From Amoebophrya sp. A120 (taxonomy: Eukaryota > Protista > Dinoflagellata), in the NCBI GenBank assembly GCA_905178155.1, contig CAJINV010000004.1:7471768-7535767 (forward strand): a stretch of DNA of 64,000 nucleotides, in the 5' to 3' direction. Shown in pieces: positions 23,601 through 36,200 of this stretch. Each line of letters opens with the position of its first letter. The stretch's first letter is position 1. A program made the position numbers and the translations under genes. Under the pieces are notes generated by a model. The model searched no databases, had not been told where the DNA came from, and saw nothing but the letters and a program-made list of their open reading frames with translations.

Positions 23601-26600
23601 AGAGCCGAAAACAACGCCATCTTTCTGACTAGATGGTCGGGCGCGGCCGGTAATATGACTCTTCACCGCGTTCCTCTCATCGAAAAACCGGGCGACGGTC
23701 ATGGAGAACTGGAAAAAGCTGCGCCAATCCAGGTTCTCCGCGTTGCGCAGGAAGTGGATCCCAAGGGCGTCCCAAATTCTTCCGTCCATATGGCGTTCTC
23801 AAGCGTTAGCTTCTCAACTGTTACATGAATTTGTCACGCAGAGTCACTATCACACTGCACACGGCCAAGCTGCTTCGCATGACAAGTTCTCGACGCCGCG
23901 CTAGGTAGCATTAGAATCCGTTCCAAATCTGTAATGCAAGACGCGCAAGGTGGGTGGTCTCTTTATGTTTTGCTATTGTACTTCCATCGCAAATTCTGGT
24001 AACAGTTGAGAACGTTAATGTTTGAGACTCGTCCCATAGTCCACCTGCTGGAGTTCGATCTATGCAGTGCAAATATGTCTGGGTCTGGAAGGATGCAACT
24101 TGTCATGCTGTCTTTGAATTCTAAAAAAATCTGTATTGTGTGACCAGCAGGTGGAGGAGTCCAGTTCGTGCTACGCCGGTGGATAGGGCATTTCTCATGC
24201 GGAGTAGGCATCAGAAAACCCTCCAAAAATGAAAATCTGTGATGCTGAGTCATGCATTACAGGCATCATGGGTCATGCCAAATATGCATGACACACCTGG
24301 CAATATTCCAGACCCAGACATTTTTGCAGTTCATACGATCGTGGCCATCGCGACGTGGTGAAGCTCCGCGACACGCATGCTGTACTACAATGAAAAATGC
24401 CCCCACCCCCGAACTGCTCGGGAGCATTTGTATTGCAAACCTTCCCAAGGGAAACATTCGCCCTCTTGCGTCTATCAGCATCACAGGTTTTCAATCGTGA
24501 ATAGCAAAAATTTGTAGTGCAAAAGATCCCAGCAAGAGCGGCGCTTGTCATGCAAGCAACGCTATATACGCCTGAGACTCTGCATCAGAAAGGTTCATAA
24601 TCCTTTTATGCATGACAAAAAAATTTCATTTGGAAACTTCGCATCACAAATTATTGCAACTTTGGGGGAGGTGGTGGCATTTTTCACTGTAATATGCTGC
24701 CCATCTTGTTCAGGCAGGTGTCCAGAAGCGTCTGGTATGGCGTTCTCAACTGTTACATTCTCAACTGTTACATGAATTTGTAATGCAAGACTAGCACAGA
24801 TGAGAGGGAGAACTACCTTGCGCGTCTTGCATTACAGGTTTGGCGCGGACCACTAAAGTGCTATCTAGCCCTCCGAGAATTTGTCATGCGAAGCAGCTTC
24901 ATCATCCTCGTCATTTAGTGGACACCCGCACCCAGCGCCACAGGTCAAGGATCCCCTCCCCGGGGGGTGGGCGATCGTCTGGCGGGTCATGGTCATTTTG
25001 CATGACAAATCATGTAACACTTGAGAATGTAACGTCTGAGAACCCCATATCTGATAAAACGGGGTTCGGATGGTGGACATCCTGCTCCTGGTCCGTGTGT
25101 CGTACTTCTTCGTGCTGCTCCCGATAAAGAACATGGTACTTCGCTTCCTTAGCATTCGTCTACGAAACTTAATGGGCGACGTTCGGCCATTTTTCTTCTT
25201 CGAAGTTGTGGCCCTAACTGCTGAGTTCAGTCTTCTCGACGTTTTAGTACTATATCCTGATTAAAAACGTCCCCACACCAGAGTCAAGATGGGGACTTTG
25301 CAACACAAGCCTAGGAGTTTTGGGAGTCACGCATGGCAAGTTTCAGTCCGTAAGGTAGTGCAAGTTAGCAAGGAAAGCCGCATCACAAATCGATCTGCTA
25401 ATCCTGTTTACAGCATTACAAGTTCCCAAACACGATTGAAAATGCCTGCCATGGGGTTGCGCATCACAACTGTTCCTGTCATGGCAAATCTGCATGACAA
25501 CTCTGGTGTGGGTACGTTTTTACTCAGGATATACTACTACCCGCTACTAGCCGCGGCAGTTCCTCGAGCTCCACCAAATGCGTTTTGATATGGGAGCGTC
25601 AGGATTGAAATTGTCAAAGTTGAAATAGTTTGTGATGCATAAAATCGATACCAGTTGGAAGCCCAATTTCTAAGCGGCGCATGACAAATTTGGGTAGAGC
25701 CGAAATCCAGTTTGTAATGCTGCTTGGGTAAGGAAGGCGCTCGTTGTCATGCTATTTTAGCAGCTCTATTTCTACCCCGCAACAGGCTTGCAATCTGCAT
25801 CCCTTGCGTCCTCTGCAATAGAGGCAATCTTTGCGTTGCATTTTATGCATTACAAATTATTTCAACTGTGACGATTTCAAGCCTGACGCTTCCATATTTG
25901 AAGTGCGCACAGTAGCGTAGTAGATAGGCCAGATCCCTGCTTTTCAGCGGGTGCGACTTCACCTGCTTGCGGATGTGTTTCAGAGAAGCGGGGAAAAAAA
26001 CTGTCACACTGTCCCCGTACTCCAGAAGCCGGAACGCGTTCCAGCAGCACGCCAGGCTCGGCAAATCGAACCGCTTCTGCTCGATAAGAAACTTTAAAGC
26101 ATTCGCCGCAGCCTCCAAAAACGTCTCGTCGCGCCACTTCACGTGCGCGCAGCTGGTCAGCATGACGTTCCAGTCCGTGGCCTTGAAGTGGTGCACGCCC
26201 GTGCTCAACACTTGGGTGCAGAGCGTGTGCCAGGTGCCCGGGCTCTTCAGCCCCGCCTTGGCGGTGTAGGCAAATTGGAGGGTTAAGTCTCCCGGGGAGG
26301 CAAGATCGAGGATGGTACTGCTGTGTGTAGAGCTTTCTTGGAAGAACGAGGAGAATGAAGACGAGGTAGAACCCCCACTCGAAAAAGAGCCCGGACGCGG
26401 CAGAGGAGTCGGGAAAACGGAAACTGCCCCCGCTGGCCCCGCAGTAAAAGATGAACCTCGTCCAGAACCTCCACCATTCTCGTCCTGGGAAAACCTCGGC
26501 GTGTTCCTGCTCCGGTGTTTCTCTCCAACACTCTCTGCCATCGCCAGTCCAACAGGGCGGCGACGCTCGAAGACGGAGGCCTGGTGTGGCGCGCGGTGAT

Positions 26601-27066
26601 GTCCTCGCGAGTTTATCGTCCCTTTATTCGGTCTCGTCTTTTGAGAAGCATACTCTTTCGTTTCATCAACACTCTGCACTGAAGCTCCGCTTCGACCCCT
26701 TCCGCCCACATCGATCACGCGACGCGCTAAATATCTCGTTCCAAGGGATGGCGAATTCGTCGCACGGCTCGCTCCGTTCCGTCCTGGCGTGGTGTGGTCC
26801 AACATCTTCGGCGGCAAAATCAAGCGCCGCGACGAGGAGGAAGCGGCTGCAGTAGTACTAGCTGCACTTCTATGCATCGCAAAAGCATCGCACTAGTGTA
26901 AGTCGCATTGCAAATTCGCTCAGCATGAGAAATGGAATCTGTCATGCTGTTTTACTTATTACCTTGAGCAGAAGATTTGTCATGCAGAACTGCAACTAGT
27001 ACAAGCGCGATACTTTTGCACAGGATAACTTCTGCGAGACTGGACCGTCGCAGACGGCAACGACAT
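20624..27066 (-). CDS. Large alpha-helical repeat protein (HPR/RAP/FASTK-like RNA-binding), 10 introners
   Basis: Reconstructed frame MSLPSATVQSRRSAAST... (S/R-rich, presequence-like); repeats such as FKATDWNVMLTSCAHVKWRDETFLEAA and MRVAELHHVAMATIELQQVDGRIWDAL. Confidence 0.7.
21139..21296. mobile_element. Introner, family A
   Basis: TIR; DR ATGTT; frame restored. Confidence 0.9.
21364..21625. mobile_element. Introner, family B
   Basis: TIR; DR GCTTC; frame restored. Confidence 0.9.
23155..23305. mobile_element. Introner, family A
   Basis: TIR; DR CGGAG. Confidence 0.9.
23789..24038. mobile_element. Introner, family C (TATGGCGTTCTCAA TIR)
   Basis: TIR; DR GTCCA; frame restored. Confidence 0.9.
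24061..24335. mobile_element. Introner, family B
   Basis: TIR; DR CGATC; frame restored. Confidence 0.9.
24383..24694. mobile_element. Introner, family H (TACAATGAAAAATGC TIR)
   Basis: TIR; DR TGCTG; homologous to 57789-58107. Confidence 0.88.
24736..25049. mobile_element. Introner, family C
   Basis: TIR; DR TCTGG/TCTGA. Confidence 0.88.
25253..25531. mobile_element. Introner, family D (TATCCTGA..AAAAACGT TIR)
   Basis: TIR; DR TACTA; nearly identical to 58678-58956. Confidence 0.92.
25589..25896. mobile_element. Introner, family I (GCGTCAGG TIR)
   Basis: Long TIR; DR TTTGA; frame restored. Confidence 0.9.
26871..27027. mobile_element. Introner, family A
   Basis: TIR; DR ACTTC; frame restored. 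Confidence 0.88.
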
Positions 27067-27879
27067 TGGCACTGCGTTCTTTCAGAAGTCCTTCAAAATT
27101 AACGTAGACGATCTACTTACTGAAATATCTTTGTTGAGATCGCTCATAGAAGTGACAAAACAGAAATGTCCTCGTGACGGCGCGTTTATAATTGTTCCGA
27201 AAAAAAGGAGGAAGTACGTACGTAAGTACTTATGTTGACAGCAGCATCTTAGCAGGAGCGTTCTTTGTGAAGATCATCGCGCCACGAATTTGAAACGAAA
27301 AGTTGTATGCGCGCTCGCCGACAAAAAATAAAAACACAAGCTGGAAAAAATCAACAGCAACAAAGTACATTCTGTGAAGATCTTTTCAGGGTAGTACTCG
27401 TAAAGTCAGATCCCTCATCAATTATATTTCCTTCCGGTGAACCGATCCGGCGATAGCTGTGTCGAAGGATTCTTCTATCAACCACTCCGACCGGGCTCTT
27501 TCCCATCTTAACACTGGCAGTCGAGGCTAAAGAAACGGAGTGGCGGAGGCCAACATCACGCTCGACAAAGAAGCATGCAGTCCTCGTGTGTGCCATTTTA
27601 CAAGCTACGTACTTTGAATCTTTATTCACATGAGCAGACTACTTCTTGCTTACTTTAAGTCAAAGTAAATGGAATAATTCTTATTCACATTGTTGACTCT
27701 GCGTCTTCAACTCGTAAATGCACTCGCTATTCGGAGACTCGTCATATACATGTCGTGAATGTTCATCGATTGTGAATAAGACCACAAATCCACTTCAGCG
27801 GCTAACAGATCGTCAAGTGATGAGTCCTCGCGTTCGGGTAGTAGAGCTTTTTCAGCAGCTCGGCCGCCGCGACGCTCCG

Positions 27880-28029
27880 TATGCATTGCAAAAGTATCGT
27901 ACTAGTAGAAAAAGCATTACAAATTTTTCCAGAAGGGAAAATGATATTTGTAATGCTGAATAAGCTAGGGAGCCAGATTTGTCATGCATGACTGCAATGA
28001 CTACGAGTACGATGCTTTGGCACAGGATA
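27880..28029. mobile_element. Introner, family A, absent from paralog
   Basis: DR CTCCG/CTTCG; empty site CTTCG at 37916-37920. Confidence 0.92.
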
Positions 28030-28089
28030 CTTCGATGCCTTCCCTTGCGGCAGTTCACCGCAATGGCGTGAAAATTTTCCGCCTCGACT

Positions 28090-28358
28090 TATGGATTGCA
28101 AACATGTCTGGGTCTGGAAGAGTGCAAACTTGTCATGCAGAATTTGCATGCCCCATAAGGTCTCGTCTGGAATGCAGGACATAGCATGACAGAATCTGCG
28201 TGGTCTCTATCATGCCTGTCCTACATGAGAAATTCCCTCTCATGGTGGTAAGAAAAGGGCGTCTTTTGTTGATCACGCAAGACAGATTTTTGTGTGATCC
28301 ACAGGACGTGTCACAAGTTCCATCCTTCCAGAGGACTCAGACATTTTTACATTTAATA
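28090..28358. mobile_element. Introner, family B, absent from paralog
   Basis: DR CGACT; empty site at 37971-37975. Confidence 0.92.
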
Positions 28359-28939
28359 CGACTTTCTTCACCACCATTTCCATCCAGACCGGGAATAGCG
28401 AGCACCGGGAAATTTTGCTCTGGATTTCCAGCGAATAAAGCCCGTTCATCTTCTTCAAATTTATACCCGAGCCCTTCCCCGAGAGCACCGTCGCGTTGAA
28501 GTTCGCCTGGGCTTGCTTCGGGGTCGTTTTCAAAATCGCCCGGTCCCACGTGTTATCAACTGCAAAGACCAACACTGTTATGAATATGATCATTCTCAAC
28601 GCAAAGACCAACTGCGAAGCTTCCTTTCAGTGTGGTGAACAACAAATCTAGGAAATTTCGTGAGGTTAATACGATGATCCTCAACGTAAACTAATATATG
28701 GGCGCTACCAATTGTGCACTCCAGTACTGTGCGTCTATTGGGTTTATTACAACCAAGCCTGCCACTGCGCATTCAAAAGTCCAGCATCGGTCTTCTTCGT
28801 TTCTCCATCGTGTTTGCGTTCCTTCTCATCATGCAGCTGCATGCGTCTAGTTTTCCGAAGTAACATGCTACTGCGCTACTACGAGAAATGTACCTGTGCG
28901 ATGGTGCGAGCTCTTAGTTTAGCTCTGTGCGATTATATA

Positions 28940-29305
28940 TATCAACTGCAAAAGCGTCTGGGTCTGGAAGAGTGCCAGACTTGTCATGCAGGTTTTCCAT
29001 GACCAATGAGGTCTGGTATGTTGTAAGGACGTAGCGTGACAGATTCTGTGAGAGTTCTAGAGTTCTACTTCTATCATGCCTACTGAAACTGCATGAGAAA
29101 CTGCCTCTCGATTAGGTCAAAAGTGGACAGCTTTTGGTAATCATGCAACATCAACACAGCTCTTCACATGATTCAGCTCTAGGATGACAAGTTGCAGTGC
29201 AACTTGTCATCCTAGAGCTGAATCATGTGGTTGGGTGCAGCACCCTAACACTTGAGCAAGTTGGGTGCAGCACCCTAACTGACCCAGACACTTTTGCAGT
29301 CGATA
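28940..29305. mobile_element. Rearranged family B element with internal fold-back hairpin, no clear DR
   Basis: Family B TIR at both ends; hairpin 29165-29229. Confidence 0.7.
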
Positions 29306-30215
29306 TGGGAATGCTGGCGCTATACTAGGCACGATTTTGCATTCACAAATCGGGTGTCCTCTAGAACCTCTGACATTTTCCCGTCTCCATATGAAATAGC
29401 ATGTTGTCAAGCAGTGATTTAGTGTGGAAATAGCCATCATCCGAGCAAGTAAATCGAAATACCTATTTGATGGGTGCTGTCTTGATGGTATATAAAGATA
29501 AACCTACTGGGATACAGGCTCGCTAGATAGCATGCGCATCGGATGCAGCATGATAAATTTTAATTTGGAGGCCAAAGTGAAAAAATCTACTGCATGAACA
29601 ATTAAAAACGCGGGTCAAACGTTTATTACATAGCAGATGTAAAAATCGATGCTAACGCCTGCCACATAGGCATATCGCATTGAATTGCTCAGGATCGTTC
29701 TAACAAGACAGGGGTCCTCAAAATATTTCGTGACGCAAAACGCACAGACTTCTCCTCTAAACCACTGGGGCGTATATCTACCTCGGCTTAGGCACAATCG
29801 GTTGAAACAAAAGAGGATAAAATCGTGGCTGTGCGTCCTCCATTTATCCTTGTTTCCTTTCCCCACTTCCTCATCTTTTCAACAACCTTCTTTATCTCGA
29901 TATACAGAAAATAACTATAAGCAATGGCAATGGATTTTTCTCGACAGCACAATTGTGATGCAAATTGAAAATGAGCAATTGGCAATCACGCAATGGATTT
30001 TTTCTCGACAAAACGCGCCTATGAAATAAAAATAAAAGGCGACTGAATTTCTATAATTATAATCGTTCTATTGCAGCTGTTTTTCTGCGAAAGAGAAAGA
30101 TGTTGATAGAAAGCCCCAGCAGGCTAGTACAACTGGTACTACTAACTGCGGTACTACGGCTATTTCGCCGATGCAAAGTTCACCTCTCAATAATTTCGCC
30201 TTCGCGTCCCCAAAA

Positions 30216-33200
30216 CTACCCGCTGTAGTGGCAGCTCCCGTCCGGCCTCGTTTCCTTGCCCTTGCCGAACCTCCTGCCGTTCCAAAAACCCCCTTCGTAC
30301 TTGCTCCCGTCCGGCAACGTCTCCACGCCCTGACCGTGCTTCTCGTTTCCCTCAAACTCCCCCTCGTACCTGACTCCGTCTGGCGACACGAGCACGCCCT
30401 TGCCATGCCTCTTTCCAAAAACGAACTGCCCGTCGTACGTCGACCCATCCTCATTCGTAGTACGTCGACCCACCCGTCGTACGTCGTACGTCGACCCACC
30501 CACCCACGCGCCCTGGCCGTGGTACTTGTCCTTCAACCACCCTCCATTGTACTCCACCCGCCCGTTCGGGAACGTCAGCGTGCCTTTGCCGTCCCTCTGG
30601 CCAAGACACCAGTGCCCGTCGTATTTCCGGCCATCCGAATACGCGTGCACGCCCTGCCCGTGGGGCTTGTTATTCTGCCAACTTCCGTCGTACTCCACCC
30701 GCCCGCTCGCCAACGTCAACGTGCCCCTGCCGTGCCTCTTGTGGTTCTTCCACTGCCCGTTGTACGTCGACCCATCCGTATCCCTGTACACGCCATAGCC
30801 GTGTCGTGAGCCGTCGGACCACTCTCCCTCGTACTCCCGCTGCTCGTCCGCCGACGTCCACCTACCCCATCCGTGCCTCGTCTTGCCATCTTTGAGGAAC
30901 CCGTTGTACATCGACCCATATGGCGTTCTCAAATGTTACATTCTCAACTGTTACATGATTTGTCATGCAAAATGAGCACTAACGCCCACACGGTGAAGCT
31001 ACTTCGCATGACAAATTTTGGAAGGGCTAAACAGCATGGCAATCTGTGCCGAATTTGTAATGCAAGAGTTGCAAGGTCCGCCCTTTCCCTGTTGCCATTC
31101 TTGCAGCACAGATTCATGTAACAGTTGAGAATGTAACAATTGAGAATCCCATAACCCATCCCGTAACCGTATGGACTGTCTAGAAGTGGAGGACGCCCCA
31201 ATGCCATCTCCAACCGGTATCAAATGTAAAAATGTCTGGGTCTGGAAGAATGCGAGAATCTGTCATACGCATTTGCATGAGCCATGATGTCTGTGATGCA
31301 TACCCGAGCAATACAGATTTTCTGAAGGCTTCTTGATGCCTATTCCGCATGACAAATGCCTTCTCAGCGTAGCAAAAATTGCATTCCCTTTGGTACTCAT
31401 GCAGTACAGATTTTTTTTGAATCCTAATGCAGCATCACTAGTTGCATTCTTCCAGACCCAGACATTTTTACACTTGATAACCGGACCAAAACGTTGATAC
31501 GGCACGAGGACTTGGGGGGCAACGACCGGAAAGGGATGCACCACACTCATCGCGCCCGACGATGCTTGTGCCGGCGAGTTGCCGCAAGCGGGCAAGGACT
31601 GGGGCGGTGGCGGTGGAGGTTGTGGCGTGTGGCCTACTACTTGATGTTGCGGCTATCAAGTGCAAAAATCGATCTGGGTCTGCAAGGATGTATGAATGTT
31701 TGTCATGCTTGCCTGGCATAACTCTATAAATTTGCCACGCACGTTACCCAAGAGCCCCATTTTTCTGTGATGCAGAAACGCAGTTTGTCATTCAGAATAG
31801 GCAAAGCCTAGAAGCTCAGAATCAGAGACTTGTCATGCTGAGCCAGCATTTCTGGCCTCATGCTCATCACGAGACGCCACCCAGCATCACAAGTTTCCAG
31901 ACCCAGTCCCAGACGTTTTTACATTTGATAGCGGCCAAGTTTGGACGTTTTCCGGCACCGGTCCGAGACGGGGCCTGGGCAAACTCCCGGTGGCGCAGGG
32001 GGCTCCTCCGGGGCGCGTACCCGATTGGCTGACAAACGCAAGCGGTACAATAGAAATAATTGGGTGTCCCCTTTGATGGCCTTGGTTAACGTCGCTGAGG
32101 TTTGCCACATCAGGATCGTCGCTGCGGTTTGCAGGAGCGGAGACAGAGCCAGAGCCGCCACCCACATCACTCAGGATCGTCGACAAACGCCCATCATACC
32201 CTGGACCTGCTCTGTGAGATATCGTGACGGGGGACGCAGGGGCTTCAGGACACGATGGACAAAACGAGTCTTCAACAGACCTCAGTGTGCCGAGCGCCAC
32301 ACGAGAGCCTGGCACACCATGTCCGCAAAACTCTTGATCGTTACGCTCAGGTGGGAAGCTCGGATCCACCCCTAATTCCAGCGTGAACAAATTCGTACCC
32401 TGCGCTTGTTGGTCGCGGCTGCGTTTGAAGAAAGCCAGGCCAGCGACGATGCCGGTCTGGAGCCCGTGGCTCGTGGGGGACAAAAATTTTTTACGGAATT
32501 CCCCGACGACTCTCGACTTGTCGTGGTGCCGTGCAGGCACCGCCAAAGCCCTTTTGGGGTTTTCAACCGCTTTCCGGAAAAGCCGCGCGCCCGCGTCTGC
32601 GAACCGCTGCGCTGAGGAAAAAAACAAATCTCCCTCGCTAAGGCGGGTTGTAAGGCCCTCGGACAACATGTGCCCCGCTGGCTGCCAAGCGAAACGGTAG
32701 AAAGCATCGCCGTGTTCCTGGGCCGGGGAGACCCCCAACTGCGCGACAGCATCCTGCACCAACGTGTGGGGCACGGCGAAGGCGGAGCGGGAACTTCCTC
32801 TTCTGCTCCATCCAAAACGAATTTCTTCGAGCGCCAGCTTATTGTCGCAAGCGAAAACAACGTGGTCGAAACTCATCGACATGGTGCGTCGCTCGCTATC
32901 CTGTGCAAAAGTATCGTACTCGTAGTAGTAGTACTAGTATTCGCAATCATGCATTACAAATCTCCCTCGTAACCTAAATGTAAATCCGCATTACAAGTTC
33001 CATTTTTCATGCTGAGGGAATTTTTTGTCAACAGGCGATTTGTATTAGTACGATGGTGCTTTTGCATTTCATACCCAGCGAAGACTGTGATCGCGCGCGC
33101 CAATCCCCGAAGCTCGGCAATGGACGAGAGCTCGAGCGAACTCCCCTCCTCTCGTCGTCGGAACACCGCCGGGACCAACGTGGAGGCCGTCCCCTGGTCA

Positions 33201-36200
33201 GATTGCGTCTCGGGCGCGCTGCTCGACACAGATTCTCTTGACATGGAACGGGTGCGTCGAAAGGAGCCCGAGCGGCGGCCAACGTTTGGCTCAGGGATCG
33301 GCTGCAGAAAAAAATTGCGGATGGACACAAAATCATTCTGCGGCACGGAAGCGACGTGTTCTTTCGTTTCCTCGTCGAAGACGGTCGTCAAGGAGACGCC
33401 AGCGCGCTGCAGTAGCTCCTTGTCAAAACCTCTCACCGCCTGACCGAACATCTTCTGCCCTTTATGGAGGCCGTCGTTGAAAAGCTCATCGTGCAGCCAG
33501 CGCCTTTTTTTCTCGAAAAACTCCTTCCGGAAGCGCTTTGCAAGCGCGTACTGAGCCGCCAACGTATTCGCAACCTTGTCATTTTCGTTGTCGAAGCCGA
33601 AACTTCCAACGAGGGCCGTTTCGGTGCGCGTCAGCAGCTCGGCCAGGGAGTGAATTTTCTCTTTCTGACTCTCAGCAGTCACGAACCTGCCCGACAGTGC
33701 TTCATCATTGACCGCCTTGCTTGTAGCCAGCGAAACGACGAACTTACAGGGCCTGCCGCCGCACTCTGTGTTTTTCAGATCGAGCACATACCCGCTGTCG
33801 TTCAAGAAGCCGTCAGTCTCGTAATCGTCGTCGTCCGGCACTCTTTGTCTTTTATGGATTGCAAGAATGCCTGGGTCTGGAAGATGAAGAGACTTGTCAC
33901 GCAGGTTAGTTTAACGTGGTCCATGGGCTCTGGAATGCAGAACCAAGCACGACAGGTTCTCTGAGATCTGTATCATGGATGCCTATCCTGCATGCGAAAC
34001 TCCCTCTCGACTTGGTCAGAAGTGCACCACGTTTGGTAATCGTGCAACACAAATTCTTGCATGATCCAGATCTAGCATGACAAGCTGCATCCTTCCAAAC
34101 ACATTTGCAACGCATATCGTTTGATCTCGTACGATTGGGCGTACACTGCGTACGACGCGACCGCACCAGTGCGGTCCTGTCTTCTATCACGGCTTCTGTC
34201 ACTGCTCCCGCCACTGCTTCCGTCGCTGCTATCTTGTTCACTATCACTGCTTCCGTCACTGAACACGACCAGAACGGTTCTCCGGTCTTTGGCGGGCCCG
34301 CGGCCCTGGGTCGTGGCCTATCAAATGCAAATAAGTATGTCTGAGTCGGGGTGTGGAAGATTGCAGATTTTATTTCGGTCATGCTGGTTTTCCATGTCTC
34401 ACTCGGAACGTCTGGCATGCTGGAAGCCATGTTCACAGGTTTTGAGAAGGTTCCGCAAAATTAATCATGCGTATTATATCAGCATCACAAATTCTCTACT
34501 TCGATGCCGCGAAGTGGGGCACTTGTACTTTTGGTGCCTATGCATGAAAAGTTTGTGTGTCGTGAGTGTGTTGTAAGATACGCATCACAAGTTCCAATCT
34601 TTCCGGGAGACCCAGAGGACATATTTCCAATGCATATGGCCAAGACCATTTCCTTCGCGATTTCGCGAAACGTCTTTTCGAGCGAAGCGACTTCATGGAT
34701 GTGTCAGGATCGAAATGGACAAAATCGAAAAATTTGCGATGCGTAAAATTTAGGGCACTGGCGGCCTGTATTGGAAAGCAGGCAAATGAGATCGATTGTA
34801 AGTAAGCTTGTTTAGGGGCGCGCGATGTGCTGCCACGAGAGTACGTAGCACGACAGGAGCAGTCTTCTTTGCCCAAACAGCGCGACAGACTAGATTTCAG
34901 CGCTCCCGAAATTACTATTGAAACTGCAGCAACTAGCCAAAATTGGCATTCCTACCCTGGTTCCAGGGCAGGTTCCAGGGTAGGTAACAGGGCGAGATAC
35001 TGGATTTAACGATGGGGGGGGCACAGCCTCACCAGGAACCGACCCAGGAACCGAATCCACCCGACTCCTCAACCGACCGATACAGCTCGGGGGAAAAAAC
35101 AAACACGAGCTGTGGACTCGGGTGAAGAGTCGGGTAAAAGTCGGGTCCAGGGTAGGTTTTGAGAAGGGTAAAGTTAGTTGGGGAAGTAGGTCGCGACAGG
35201 CAGAGCGACCTTACCCGACTTTACCCGACTCCAACCGATGCGATATTCTTTGCCGATATGTCTGGGTCTGGAAGAGCCCAGGTCTGTCATGCATATTTGG
35301 CCTGATCCACTATGGCGCAGGCTACTTTGTCACGCATATTGCGCACGATCCCCTTTTTCATGCATATTTTGCGCGATTCACTTCGTCATGCATAATTTGC
35401 ATGAGCCCAAGTTTGTTTGTCGTGCATATTTTGCATGAGCCGTCACACATTAAAGCTAGATGCTTACAGACCCACACATATCGGAGCTGGTCACCAAATG
35501 CCAAGGCGATGACAAAATGCAAAACATTGGGCGAAGCAAGGCGGCGCCCGGTTTCTCGCGGGGACTGGCATGGGGACACGGAGGGGGCAAAACCACGCCA
35601 AAAAGCTGCGCGGCCGGCTTTTTCGAAGCAAGCGAAACCGGCGCCCGTTTTTTTACGCGTTTCCGCATGAGGGCACGGAGCAAAGCCACGCCAAAAAGCT
35701 TGCCGGCTGGCTTTTTGAAGCGAAGCAAGCGAAGCCGGCGCCCATTTTTTGCGTTTTTCCGCCAGGTGGAACGGAGCAAAACCGCGCCAGAATGCTCTGC
35801 GGTTGGCCTTCTAGCAGCTAGCGAAACAGCGCGACAGACTAGATTTCAGTGCTCCCGAAATTTGTCATGCGCCACTTGGGAACTGAGAGGACTTCATTGA
35901 TTTTCATTTTGTGCATCACAAGTTTTTCGATTTTGTCCATTTCGAAGATTCTGACACTTTCATAGACTTCCTCCTCAATGTGCACGCCGCTACTACTACT
36001 CCTACTACTCGCCACGCTGGCGCCGCGAGAACTAGATCTAGAACTACGCTTGGCCTTCGCCTTCGGGTTGTTCGGCTTGCGTTCGCGGCTCCTCGATATA
36101 AAAGTGCACAACCCCCCATCCCCCTCATTTATCATGCAAAGTGCCAACGTGAGTCGCTGGCTTAGTAAGCCATTTGCATGAAAAGTTCTGATAGCCCAAA

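Larger units (their letters stand above)
27428..28553 (-). pseudogene. 5'-truncated duplicate of the 3' part of the RWD/RapZ-C-like gene (37463-38383)
   Basis: RAILKTTPKQAQANFNATVLSGKGSG...NCRKGRHRS and 3' flank shared; no matching 5' part. Confidence 0.8.

Noticed and set aside
30171-30809. Plus-strand 212-aa ORF and the many other plus-strand ORFs
   Set aside because: Antisense shadows of minus-strand CDS or translations of introner sequence
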